A DNA stretch of 26,915 nt from a virus (Duplodnaviria > Heunggongvirae > Uroviricota > Caudoviricetes). The DNA is taken from IMG/VR virus record IMGVR_UViG_2541047885_000002, positions 1-26,915 of that record. One strand, 5' to 3'. Shown here one piece after another: positions 1-8,073 of the stretch (position 1 is the stretch's first letter; each line of letters begins with the position of its first letter). A program made the position numbers and the translations under genes. The notes beneath the pieces are model-generated. The model was not told the origin of the DNA. It made no database searches and worked only from the letters and a program-made list of their open reading frames with translations.

Positions 1-92
1 CAGAAAAAGCTTATTATGCTTCCATCGGAAACGATGATCTGGCAGCCTGAGTTCACAGATAAAACACTCTCCAGGAAACCCGGGGCGGTTCA
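1..92 (+). mobile_element. Right-hand terminus of an IS3-family insertion sequence (last transposase codons plus terminal inverted repeat); the element body lies upstream of the window
   Basis: Frame 3 of nt 3-50 translates to [15 protein letters not shown]-stop, continuing the transposase C-terminus read on the minus strand at the other end of the window ([45 protein letters not shown]). Positions 1-92 are the exact reverse complement of 26699-26790. The terminus ends in CA, as in IS3-family ends. I recall this C-terminus as IS3 InsF-like but cannot confirm the exact IS name. Confidence 0.75.
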
Positions 93-1053
93 GTACATCG
101 GCACGGCATCCTACTTCGACCCTGAAGAACTATACAGCGCGCGAGAGTTTTACCATGACACTATCAACGCTTTCTACGGCAAGCAGCAGTATCTGTTTAA
201 TCCACCGTGGGAATCTCTGGCAGATAAATTCCAGTTCCGTGAGGCAGAGTTGACGCTGGTCAATGGTGTGAACGGTCACGGAAAAACGGAGGTTGTCGGG
301 CATATGGCACTTGAGGCAATGCGTCAGGGTGTGAAGACATGCATCGCGTCACTTGAGCTGAAGCCTGGTATTCTCCTTAAGCGCCTTACCCGTCAGGCGA
401 CGTGCTGCAAGATGCCGCCAGTGCTGGAAATTGACTCTGCATTTAAATTTTATGACGAAAGACTTTGGGTGTTTGGCCTGACCGGAACGGCGAAAGCCGA
501 CAGGCTGATCGAAATATTCGACTACGCTCGCCGCCGATACGGGATCCAGTTATTCATCATCGACAGCCTGATGAAATGTGGCATAGGCGACGATGACTAT
601 AACGGGCAGAAGGCTTTTGTTGACTCGATTTGCGACTTCAAAAACAAAACAAACTCCCACGTCATTCTCGTTACTCACTCGCGAAAAGGAGACAGCGAAG
701 AAAAACCAACCGGGAAAATGGACGTAAAAGGCTCTGGAGCGATAACAGACCTGACAGACAACCTTTTCATCATCTGGCGTAACAAGGCTCGCGATAGAGC
801 GTTACAGAGAGTTCAGAGTGGTGAAAAGATGTCAGAGAAGGACGAACAGCTACTGGCATCTCCGGCATCTGTTTTGATGCTTGAAAAACAACGTAACGGC
901 GAAGGTTGGGAAGGTGGTGTCCCGTTGTTCCTTGACGAGCAATCGCACCAGTTCCTGCAACTTGAATCAGGATCGCCATATAGCTACATCGCCAATATGC
1001 CGAAATCGGAATATGACGAGGCGTGGAGACAGGAAAACGTGACGGAGTATTAA
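16..1053 (+). pseudogene. 3' portion of a DnaB-family replicative helicase gene (P22 gene 12 position), 5'-truncated by the IS insertion; the first 25 codons of the ORF derive from the IS end
   Basis: The ORF is open to the window start. From nt 93 on the protein shows a Walker A-like NGVNGHGKTE, a Walker B-like LFIIDSLMKCG and the RecA-fold layout of DnaB-type helicase C-terminal domains. It sits immediately upstream of the nin region. The identity break at nt 92/93 marks the IS junction. Confidence 0.7.
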
Positions 1054-1082
1054 ATGACCATCTACATCACTGAGCTAATAAC

Positions 1083-1114
1083 AGGCCTGCTGGTAATCGC
1101 AGGCCTTTTTATTT
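1083..1114 (+). terminator. Intrinsic terminator after the helicase gene
   Basis: Stem AGGCCTGC (1083-1090), loop TGGTAATC, stem GCAGGCCT (1099-1106), followed by TTTTATTT. Confidence 0.7.
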
Positions 1115-1129
1115 GGGGGAGGGGGAAGT

Positions 1130-1456
1130 GTGGCTGACTGGCAAATTCCAATCATCATTCTTGCCGGAGCGTCGCTGATTGCTGGCTTTATCCTGCTGAA
1201 AAAGCATAAAGACCGTGATCAAAAAGTCGAAGTTCTCTATGGGTATCCAGCGAACAGCACAACATGGCTGACCATTTACCACTACCGAAAATCAGGCCGC
1301 TGGGTATTCGAATGGGATGATCTGTTTGCTGAAAAGCGACCAAAGTCATGGGGAGACATCAGCGAATGCATGATGTTTGAAGAAAGAAAATCCGGCGCAA
1401 CCCGAGAAGAGTTTAACGAAGCGTGGGCGCGATTAAGTGATAGAGGGTATTTGTGA
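1130..1456 (+). CDS. Hypothetical small membrane protein (one N-terminal TM helix)
   Basis: GTG start preceded by the strong SD GGGGGAGGGGGAA. N-terminal hydrophobic stretch IPIIILAGASLIAGFILL. Function unknown. Confidence 0.55.
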   Translation: MADWQIPIIILAGASLIAGFILLKKHKDRDQKVEVLYGYPANSTTWLTIYHYRKSGRWVFEWDDLFAEKRPKSWGDISECMMFEERKSGATREEFNEAWARLSDRGYL

Positions 1457-1650
1457 GCAAGTACGAAAAATTAGATCAAAACATTCTTTCAATGCTGAGT
1501 GAAAGACCAACACCTGTTTTTGATATCTGGCTTAAATGGCGGAGCAATGGAATGTATATCGAAACCATCGATCGCCGTATGCAATACCTGAGAAAGAAAG
1601 GGCTTGTTGCAAATGTGCGTGGGAAGGGTTGGGTGAAAATTAACCTGTAA
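1453..1650 (+). CDS. Hypothetical protein
   Basis: GTG start overlapping the upstream stop (GTGA), SD GAGGGTA 5 nt upstream. 65 aa, basic C-terminus. No family recognised. Confidence 0.45.
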   Translation: MSKYEKLDQNILSMLSERPTPVFDIWLKWRSNGMYIETIDRRMQYLRKKGLVANVRGKGWVKINL

Positions 1651-1664
1651 TAACGGGGGTTGAT

Positions 1665-1985
1665 ATGGACGAATCAAGAAAGCAGTTTGAAGAAAGTTGG
1701 TTGCGACGTGGGGGCGAATCTTCAGACCTTATCCGTTACCCTGAAAATCACCATGAAATTGGCAGCGGTAATATTGGTGGTCAATACGTGATGGACGATG
1801 TTCAAGGCCACTGGCAAACGTGGCAGGCATCGCGATCAGCTATTGAAATAACCGCGCCAAAGTTTATCGACAGCAGAGAAGCATTAGCCAAAGGGTTTAC
1901 TGTTGATTATTCCAATGGCTTCGGTGATGCAATGGATGCTTATGAGGAAAACATCCGCGCTGCTGGAGTCAAAGTGAAGGAGTAA
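1665..1985 (+). CDS. Hypothetical phage protein (pre-nin position)
   Basis: ATG with GGGGG SD; 106 aa; tightly packed in the operon. No family recognised. Confidence 0.55.
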   Translation: MDESRKQFEESWLRRGGESSDLIRYPENHHEIGSGNIGGQYVMDDVQGHWQTWQASRSAIEITAPKFIDSREALAKGFTVDYSNGFGDAMDAYEENIRAAGVKVKE

Positions 1986-1987
1986 CG

Positions 1988-2398
1988 ATGAAGCAAACAA
2001 TCTTCCTCCGTGGTAAACAACAACAGCAAGCCGCAATCAACGCCATCCTCGCAACACCACTCGATAAAGAAAAGCCAGTTACCATCCGCATTACTGACTA
2101 CAAGCGCAATCTTGACCAGAACGCAAAATTTCACGCGATGCTGGCGGATATCGCTCGTCAGGTTCAATGGTGCGGCAAATGGTTAAAACCAGAACAATGG
2201 AAGGTTTTGTTGATCAGCGGTCATGCAGTGGCAACAAAACAGGAAGCTGATGTTTTGCCCGGGCTTGAAGGCGAATACGTCAACATTCGCGAAAGCAGCG
2301 CGCAGATGAGTGTGAAGCGTATGGCAAGTCTTATCGAGTACACAACAGCCTGGGCTATTGGTCATGGTGTCAGATTTACCGACAGGAGGTACGAATGA
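1988..2398 (+). CDS. ninB: NinB (Orf-family recombination mediator)
   Basis: Translation shares the motifs I recall from lambda NinB (LDQN.K, Q..W.G.WL, similar length); sits at the head of a nin cluster. Confidence 0.9.
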   Translation: MKQTIFLRGKQQQQAAINAILATPLDKEKPVTIRITDYKRNLDQNAKFHAMLADIARQVQWCGKWLKPEQWKVLLISGHAVATKQEADVLPGLEGEYVNIRESSAQMSVKRMASLIEYTTAWAIGHGVRFTDRRYE

Positions 2399-2571
2399 GA
2401 CGACAGCGACGAAGTATCACCGACATCATCTGCGAAAACTGCAAATACCTTCCAACGAAACGCTCCAGAAATAAACGCAAGCCAATCCCAAAAGAATCTG
2501 ACGTAAAAACCTTCAACTACACGGCTCACCTGTGGGATATCCGGTGGCTTAGAGAACGTGCGAGGAAATGA
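2395..2571 (+). CDS. ninE: NinE
   Basis: 58-aa ORF absent from the supplied track (under 60 aa): [58 protein letters not shown], essentially the lambda NinE sequence as I recall it. ATGA overlap with the ninB stop. Confidence 0.85.
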   Translation: MRRQRRSITDIICENCKYLPTKRSRNKRKPIPKESDVKTFNYTAHLWDIRWLRERARK

Positions 2572-2573
2572 CA

Positions 2574-2933
2574 ATGGATTATTCACAGTTAAGTGATTTT
2601 GAAATTAACGTGGCGGTATTCGAAGCCATTCATAACGGATCACCGGATTACAAAGAAGGTGAGAATGGCGATATGGTGTTTGTCTCATTTGAGGGAGACA
2701 TTGTAAACGGAGACGCAGTTGAAGTAGAAGTTGAGCGCGGTTCCTTTAACCCATGCGCAAACCCAGCAGACGCATGGCCGATTATTGAAAAATACAGGAT
2801 TAGCATTATCAATCTCGATGAAGACGAGTGGGGTGCACGCGGTGTGGCCTACTGTAAATCTAAGCGAGCTATACATGAAAATCCCCTCCGCGCCGCCATG
2901 ATTGTCTTTCTCATGATGCAGAGAATCCAATAA
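2574..2933 (+). CDS. Hypothetical protein in the NinX position (possibly NinX/DUF2591-like)
   Basis: ATG at 2574 is 6 nt after SD GAGGAA; the ATG at 2568 abuts the SD and is less likely. Starts MDYSQLSDFEIN. Lies between ninE and ninF, where P22-like phages carry ninX. Family assignment is from memory only. Confidence 0.55.
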   Translation: MDYSQLSDFEINVAVFEAIHNGSPDYKEGENGDMVFVSFEGDIVNGDAVEVEVERGSFNPCANPADAWPIIEKYRISIINLDEDEWGARGVAYCKSKRAIHENPLRAAMIVFLMMQRIQ

Positions 2934-3109
2934 TGCTTAGCCCATCCCAATCCCTTCAATACCAGAAAGAAAGCGTCGAGCGAGCTTTAACGTGCGCTAA
3001 CTGCGGTCAGAAGCTGCATGTGCTGGAAGTTCATGTATGTGAAGCGTGCTGCGCAGAACTGATGAGCGATCCGAATAGCTCGATGCACGAGGAAGAAGAC
3101 GATGGCTAA
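2933..3109 (+). CDS. ninF: NinF
   Basis: 58-aa ORF absent from the track: [58 protein letters not shown], matching lambda NinF as I recall it; Cys-rich. Confidence 0.85.
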
Positions 3110-3713
3110 ACCAGCGCGAAGACGATGTAAAAACGATGAATGTCGGGAATGGTTTCACCCTGCATTCGCCAATCAGTGGTGGTGCTCTCCAGAGTGTGGA
3201 ACCAAGATAGCACTCGAACGACGAAGCAAAGAACGCGAAAAAGCGGAAAAGGCAGCAGAGAAGAAACGACGACGAGAGGAGCAGAAACAGAAAGATAAAC
3301 TTAAGATTCGAAAACTCGCCTTAAAGCCCCGCAGTTACTGGATTAAACAAGCCCAACAAGCCGTAAACGCCTTCATCAGAGAAAGAGACCGCGACTTACC
3401 ATGTATCTCGTGCGGAACGCTCACGTCTGCTCAGTGGGATGCCGGACATTACCGGACAACTGCTGCGGCACCTCAACTCCGATTTGATGAACGCAATATT
3501 CACAAGCAATGCGTGGTGTGCAACCAGCACAAAAGCGGAAATCTCGTTCCGTATCGCGTCGAACTGATTAGCCGCATCGGGCAGGAAGCAGTAGATGAAA
3601 TCGAATCAAACCATAACCGCCATCGCTGGACTGTCGAAGAGTGCAGGGCCATCAAGGCAGAGTACCAACAGAAACTCAAAGACCTGCGAAATAGCAGAAG
3701 CGAGGCCGCATGA
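3102..3713 (+). CDS. ninG: NinG (Rap-type recombination endonuclease)
   Basis: 203 aa beginning [33 protein letters not shown], near-identical to lambda NinG as I recall it. Confidence 0.93.
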
Positions 3714-3916
3714 CGTTCTCAGTAAAAACCATTCCAGACATGCTCGTTGAAGCATACGGAAACCAGACAGAAGTAGCACGCAGACTGAAATGTAGTCGCG
3801 GTACGGTCAGAAAATACGTTGATGATAAAGACGGGAAAATGCACGCCATCGTCAACGACGTTCTCATGGTTCATCGCGGATGGAGTGAAAGAGATGCGCT
3901 ATTACGAAAGAATTGA
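3710..3916 (+). CDS. ninH: NinH
   Basis: 68 aa [39 protein letters not shown]..., matching lambda NinH; ATGA overlap with the ninG stop. Confidence 0.93.
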
Positions 3917-4565
3917 TGGCAGCAAATACCGAAATATTTGGGTAGTTGGCGATCTGCACGGATGCTACACGAACCTGATGAAAAAACTGGAGACGATAGG
4001 ATTCGACACCAAAAAAGACCTGCTTATCTCGGTTGGCGATTTGGTCGATCGCGGTACAGAGAACGTCGAATGTCTGGAATTAATCACATTCCCCTGGTTC
4101 CGAGCTGTACGTGGAAACCATGAGCAAATGATGATTGATGGCTTATCAGAGCGTGGAAACGTCAATCACTGGATGCTTAATGGCGGTGGCTGGTTCTTTA
4201 ATCTCGATTACGACAAAGAAATTCTGGCTAAAGCTCTTGCCCATAAAGCAGATGAACTTCCGTTAATCATCGAACTGGTGAGCAAAGATAAAAAATATGT
4301 CATCTGCCACGCCGATTATCCTTGTGACGAATACGAGTTTGGAAAGCCAGTTGATCATCAGCAGGTAATCTGGAACCGCGAACGAATCAGCAACTCACAA
4401 GACGGGATCGTAAAAGAAATCAAAGGAGCGGACACGTTCATCTTTGGTCATACGCCAGCAGTGAAACCACTCAAATTTGCCAACCAGATGTATATCGATA
4501 CCGGCGCAGTGTTCTGCGGAAACCTCACATTGATTCAGGTACAGGGAGAAGGCGCGTGGGCATAA
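3894..4565 (+). CDS. ninI: NinI, Ser/Thr protein phosphatase (lambda-PPase, metallophosphoesterase)
   Basis: Starts [28 protein letters not shown] with the GDLHG, GDLVDRG and GNHE metallophosphatase motifs; SD GGAG upstream of ATG 3894. The track's longer ORF from 3819 is rejected as an upstream in-frame extension. Confidence 0.93.
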   Translation: MRYYERIDGSKYRNIWVVGDLHGCYTNLMKKLETIGFDTKKDLLISVGDLVDRGTENVECLELITFPWFRAVRGNHEQMMIDGLSERGNVNHWMLNGGGWFFNLDYDKEILAKALAHKADELPLIIELVSKDKKYVICHADYPCDEYEFGKPVDHQQVIWNRERISNSQDGIVKEIKGADTFIFGHTPAVKPLKFANQMYIDTGAVFCGNLTLIQVQGEGAWA

Positions 4566-5074
4566 GAGAACTAAACCTCACCAAAGAACAGCATGAGTGG
4601 CTGAATGGCTGGCTTGAACTGTGGGGCGCATGGGTTTATTCAGGTCGTCTGGAAAAGCGCATGAGCAGCGTAATAGCGAAGTTCATGGAGAGCGTAGAGC
4701 CGGGAAGAGTTATGACAAGGCCAATGTGCAATGATGATGATGGAATGTTGATTTCTCAGGTCGTCGATTCCGTCATGTACATTGACAAAAAAGCCTTTGG
4801 CATCCTCCTCAGCTACTACGCTCATGGTTCATCTAAGCGAGCAATTGCATCCTACTATCACGCGACTGCAAAGCCACGCAAGATGTGTGGACGTGGTGGC
4901 GAGGGATGGAGAAAACCTTCACTGGCAACCTGTAGAAACGAAATTGACGACATCCTGAAAGCGTCATTATTTGTTTTATACCAGCCAATGCAAAATGCTT
5001 TCAAAATGCGTAAACGTGTTGAGAAAGTTAAGCATGTTGCTGTTAAAAGCCTTGACATGCAATTAGCCATTTAG
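4556..5074 (+). CDS. Q: Late antiterminator Q (phage 21/933W-type, not lambda-type)
   Basis: Position directly after ninI and directly before a promoter-terminator pair. N-terminal LELWGAW resembles the LERWGAW motif I recall from Q of 933W/H-19B. Start taken as GTG 4556 after GGGAGAAGG; the exact start is uncertain. Confidence 0.7.
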   Translation: MGIRELNLTKEQHEWLNGWLELWGAWVYSGRLEKRMSSVIAKFMESVEPGRVMTRPMCNDDDGMLISQVVDSVMYIDKKAFGILLSYYAHGSSKRAIASYYHATAKPRKMCGRGGEGWRKPSLATCRNEIDDILKASLFVLYQPMQNAFKMRKRVEKVKHVAVKSLDMQLAI

Positions 5075-5081
5075 CCATAAT
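5052..5081 (+). promoter_or_regulatory. Candidate late promoter PR' (sigma70), overlapping the 3' end of Q
   Basis: TTGACA (5052-5057), 18-bp spacer, CATAAT (5076-5081). Location matches PR' of lambdoid phages, where the qut site overlaps the promoter. Confidence 0.6.
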
Positions 5082-5122
5082 ATTCACATATGCTGCTGCT
5101 TTTGCATTCAGCAACCATCACA

Positions 5123-5146
5123 AGCCCACCTCCTGTGGGCTTTTTT
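5123..5146 (+). terminator. Intrinsic terminator, candidate tR' (target of Q antitermination)
   Basis: Stem GCCCAC (5124-5129), loop CTCCT, stem GTGGGC (5135-5140), then TTTTTT; about 60 nt downstream of the predicted PR' start. Confidence 0.75.
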
Positions 5147-5268
5147 GCATTCGCGTGCAATCAAAACAAGAGTCTTAGTGATATGGGCCTGAGATATGGT
5201 GGTGGAAACATCGCTCCGCTCTTGGCTGTCATATCTACGCGAACAGGCTCTATCCCTAAGGTAAAGCG

Positions 5269-5781
5269 ATGAAAGAAATAAAATTAACGCCAGAAATGGT
5301 GCTTTCTGTTGTTGATTACAATCCATCATCAGGCGACTTTCACTGGAGATGGAGGCAGGGGAGAGAGAGGACCACTTTGACATGGAACTCTCGTTTTGCT
5401 TTCAAGAAATGCTCATCAATAAATTCTGATGGGTATTTAATGATTATGATTAATGGTAAAGCATGCCCTGCTCACAGACTGGCATGGTTGATTGTTTATG
5501 GCACCATGCCCGATGGTTTTATTGATCACATCAACAGGGTAAGAACAGATAACCGGATATCAAATCTTCGTCTTGTCACTCATTCCGAAAATATGCAAAA
5601 CAGGAAAATTCAGAAGAATAATAAATCTGGATACCGTGGCGTGTCTTGGGATGCTAAGTACGGGAAATGGAGAGCAAGAATTAATGCGTCTGGAAAGTGT
5701 ATTAACCTTGGATACCATGACACTGCCGAACTTGCCGCTGCGGCTTTTGAGGCAGCCAGAATGAAATATCATACCGTTTAA
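5269..5781 (+). CDS. HNH endonuclease with C-terminal AP2-type DNA-binding domain (moron)
   Basis: HNH core ...AHRLAWLIVYGTMPDGFIDHINRVRTDNRISNLRLVTHSENMQN... and AP2-like SGYRGVSWDAKYGKWRARINASGKCINLGYHDTAELAAAAFEAA. SD AAGGTAA upstream. Confidence 0.8.
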   Translation: MKEIKLTPEMVLSVVDYNPSSGDFHWRWRQGRERTTLTWNSRFAFKKCSSINSDGYLMIMINGKACPAHRLAWLIVYGTMPDGFIDHINRVRTDNRISNLRLVTHSENMQNRKIQKNNKSGYRGVSWDAKYGKWRARINASGKCINLGYHDTAELAAAAFEAARMKYHTV

Positions 5782-5787
5782 AGATGT

Positions 5788-5832
5788 AAGCTGCCGTTAG
5801 TGACTCTTAAGTTGCAACGGTGGCTTTTTTTA
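5788..5832 (+). terminator. Putative intrinsic terminator after the HNH gene
   Basis: AAGCTGCCGTT (5788-5798) pairs with AACGGTGGCTT (5816-5826) including two G-U pairs, 17-nt loop, then a T7 run. The large loop lowers confidence. Confidence 0.45.
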
Positions 5833-6080
5833 TTTGCACAACAGGTAAGAGCATTGAGTCGATAATCGTGAAGAGTCGGCGCGCCTGGTTAGCCAGTGCT
5901 CTTTCCGTTGTGCTGAATTAAGCGAATACCGGAAGCAGAACCGGATCACCAAATGCGTACAGGCGTCATCGCCGCCCAGCAACAGCACAACCCAAACTGA
6001 GCCGTAGCCACTGGCTATCCTGAATTCATCAGTGATAGTTACGCTGCGGCCTTCTACACATGACCTTCGTGAAAGCGGGT

Positions 6081-6115
6081 GGCAAGAGGTTGCGCTAACA
6101 ACCTCCTGCCGTTTT
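6081..6115 (+). terminator. Strong hairpin plus U-tract in the late leader (candidate terminator or RNA structure)
   Basis: GGCAAGAGGTTG (6081-6092), loop CGCTAA, CAACCTCCTGCC (6099-6110) giving 11 of 12 pairs, followed by GTTTT. Confidence 0.5.
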
Positions 6116-6215
6116 GCCCGTGCATATCGGTCACGAACAAATCTGATTACTAAACACAGTAGCCTGGATTTGTTCTATCAGTAATCGACCTTATTCCTAA
6201 TTAAATAGAGCAAAT

Positions 6216-6231
6216 CCCCTCAATGAAGGGG
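6216..6231 (+). promoter_or_regulatory. Hairpin sequestering the holin Shine-Dalgarno sequence (sdi-like)
   Basis: CCCCT (6216-6220) pairs with AGGGG (6227-6231), loop CAATGA; the 3' arm is the holin SD, 6 nt before ATG 6238. Confidence 0.5.
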
Positions 6232-6237
6232 TAGAGC

Positions 6238-6441
6238 ATGTACCGTATGGACAAAATCAGAGAATGGTTCAGTTACAGCTTCGGAGGACTGACTGCGATG
6301 GGTGGCATTCTCTCCCTGAATGACTGGGCTGTCATCATTGGTATTCTTTGTACTGTCGGCACATTTGGCATCAACTGGTACTACAAGCGCAAAGAGCGCG
6401 AGGACAGATTGAATGGCAATGTCACCGGCACTACGAAATAG
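6238..6441 (+). CDS. Holin, phage-21 S-like class II pinholin with dual-start motif
   Basis: 67 aa, two TM segments (Gly-rich [17 protein letters not shown] and [19 protein letters not shown]), charged C-terminus, N-terminus MYRMDKI paralleling S21 MKSMDKI. Immediately upstream of the endolysin. Confidence 0.8.
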   Translation: MYRMDKIREWFSYSFGGLTAMGGILSLNDWAVIIGILCTVGTFGINWYYKRKEREDRLNGNVTGTTK

Positions 6442-6916
6442 CGTAATAGCGGCGATAAGTGGCGGGGCTATTGCTATAGCATCTGTGTTAATCACTGGAC
6501 CAAGTGGTAACGATGGCCTGGAAGGTGTCAGCTACATACCATACAAAGATATTGTTGGTGTATGGACTGTATGTTACGGGCATACAGGAAAAGACATCAT
6601 TCCCAGTAAAACGTATACCGAAGCAGAATGCAAAGCCCTCCTGAATAAAGACCTTGCCACGGTCGCCAGACAAATTAACCCGTACATCAAAGTCGATATA
6701 CCGGAAACAACGCGCGGCGCTCTTTACTCGTTCGTCTACAACGTGGGGGCTGGCAATTTCAGAACATCGACGCTTCTTCGCAAAATAAACCAGGGCGATA
6801 TCAAAGGCGCATGTGACCAGCTACGTCGCTGGACATACGCTGGCGGTAAGCAATGGAAAGGGCTGATGACCCGTCGTGATATTGAGCGTGAAGTCTGTTT
6901 GTGGGGGCAGCAATGA
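6413..6916 (+). CDS. SAR endolysin (T4-lysozyme-like, phage 21 R-type)
   Basis: N-terminal Gly/Ala-rich signal-anchor-release segment ([17 protein letters not shown]) followed by the lysozyme core [25 protein letters not shown]; near-identical to R21 as I recall it. Confidence 0.9.
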   Translation: MAMSPALRNSVIAAISGGAIAIASVLITGPSGNDGLEGVSYIPYKDIVGVWTVCYGHTGKDIIPSKTYTEAECKALLNKDLATVARQINPYIKVDIPETTRGALYSFVYNVGAGNFRTSTLLRKINQGDIKGACDQLRRWTYAGGKQWKGLMTRRDIEREVCLWGQQ

Positions 6917-7350
6917 GCAGGGTAACCGCGATTATCTCCGCTCTGGTTATCTGCATCATCGTCTGCCTGTCATGGGCTGTTAATCATTACCGTGATAACG
7001 CCATTACCTACAAAGAGCAGCGCGATAAAGCCACATCCATCATCGCTGATATGCAGAAGCGTCAACGTGATGTAGCAGAACTCGACGCCAGATACACAAA
7101 GGAGCTTGCTGATGCTAACGCGACTATCGAAAGCCTCCGTGCTGATGTTTCTGCTGGCCGTAAGCGCCTGCAAGTCGCCGCCACCTGTGCAAAGTCAACG
7201 ACCGGAGCCAGCAGCATGGGCGATGGAGAAAGCCCAAGACTTACAGCAGATGCTGAACTCAATTATTACCGCCTCCGAAGTGGAATCGACAAGATAACCG
7301 CGCAGGTTAACTACCTGCAGGAATACATCAGGACGCAATGCCTGAAATAA
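6913..7350 (+). CDS. Rz: Rz (i-spanin)
   Basis: [34 protein letters not shown]... matches the lambda Rz N-terminus; ATGA overlap with the endolysin stop. Confidence 0.9.
   Translation: MSRVTAIISALVICIIVCLSWAVNHYRDNAITYKEQRDKATSIIADMQKRQRDVAELDARYTKELADANATIESLRADVSAGRKRLQVAATCAKSTTGASSMGDGESPRLTADAELNYYRLRSGIDKITAQVNYLQEYIRTQCLK
7112..7297 (+). CDS. Rz1: Rz1 (o-spanin lipoprotein) embedded in the +1 frame of Rz
   Basis: [36 protein letters not shown]: lipobox LAVSAC followed by a Pro-rich segment; SD AAAGGAG 7 nt upstream; lies wholly inside Rz. Confidence 0.75.
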   Translation: MLTRLSKASVLMFLLAVSACKSPPPVQSQRPEPAAWAMEKAQDLQQMLNSIITASEVESTR

Positions 7351-7411
7351 TTTTTTTGCAAATCACAAAGTCAATTTAATGAGTCTCGCGATGCGGGGCT
7401 TTTTGCAATAA

Positions 7412-7436
7412 ATGCGTACCGCAACGCATGTTTTTT
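7412..7436 (+). terminator. Intrinsic terminator downstream of the lysis cassette
   Basis: ATGCGT (7412-7417), loop ACCGCA, ACGCAT (7424-7429), then G plus TTTTTT. Confidence 0.65.
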
Positions 7437-7551
7437 ACACCGAACCTGCCCCTTTGGAATGGGCCTTTGAGGATACCAGTTAGTGCTGGCGAGCCTCGGT
7501 GGGCTGGTTTCCTATGCGGCAAAGGTTCATTTCAAATGGTAGGTAAACGTT

Positions 7552-8073
7552 ATGAATATCGTGCCACTTAATTACAAAGGTGAAATTGTCAGTTTCAACA
7601 CTGATGGTTGGATCAACGTCACAGGTGTTGCTGAGAGATTTGGAAAACGCATTGATAACTGGATGCGTTTGGCAGAAACGCTTGAATACGTTCGTGCTTT
7701 AGACGAAGCGTTGACCGGGAAAGAATCTCAAATTTTACATCCCTCACAATCGAGGTATGTAAAAACCAGCAAGGCACGAAAGGACAGGGGTGGTGGTACG
7801 TGGCTACATCCAAAACTTTCAGTTGCATTTGCCCGTTGGTGTGATGCTCGTTTTGCTGTGTGGTGCGACCTGCACATTGATAGTCTGCTTCGCGGTGAAC
7901 TGACTGAGCAGCAGAAATATGAGCAAGCATGTCGCATTCGCGATGACCGGAAATCAAAAGCCAGCAATGGGGCAAGAGAGATGGCTCGCTGGCGATGGGA
8001 TAAGCCGGTTATTGAAGCAAATGTTGAGTACTGGCGCGAGCAACTGCAGTTGACTCTCGATATCGCGTGCTGA
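7552..8073 (+). CDS. KilA-N domain protein
   Basis: Core GTWLHPKLSVAFARWCDARFAVWC fits the KilA-N/APSES-type motif as I recall it; 173 aa. Confidence 0.6.
   Translation: MNIVPLNYKGEIVSFNTDGWINVTGVAERFGKRIDNWMRLAETLEYVRALDEALTGKESQILHPSQSRYVKTSKARKDRGGGTWLHPKLSVAFARWCDARFAVWCDLHIDSLLRGELTEQQKYEQACRIRDDRKSKASNGAREMARWRWDKPVIEANVEYWREQLQLTLDIAC

Noticed and set aside
3819-3893. Upstream extension of the NinI ORF (track start MMIKTGK...)
   Set aside because: The conserved phosphatase N-terminus begins at [10 protein letters not shown] (ATG 3894) with its own SD; the extension overlaps ninH in another frame and is not expected from the lambda NinI sequence as I recall it.
5782-6237. Possible tRNA genes in the Q-to-holin gap
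   Set aside because: By eye I found no GTTCRANYC T-loop motif or acceptor-stem complementarity; this was not checked computationally.
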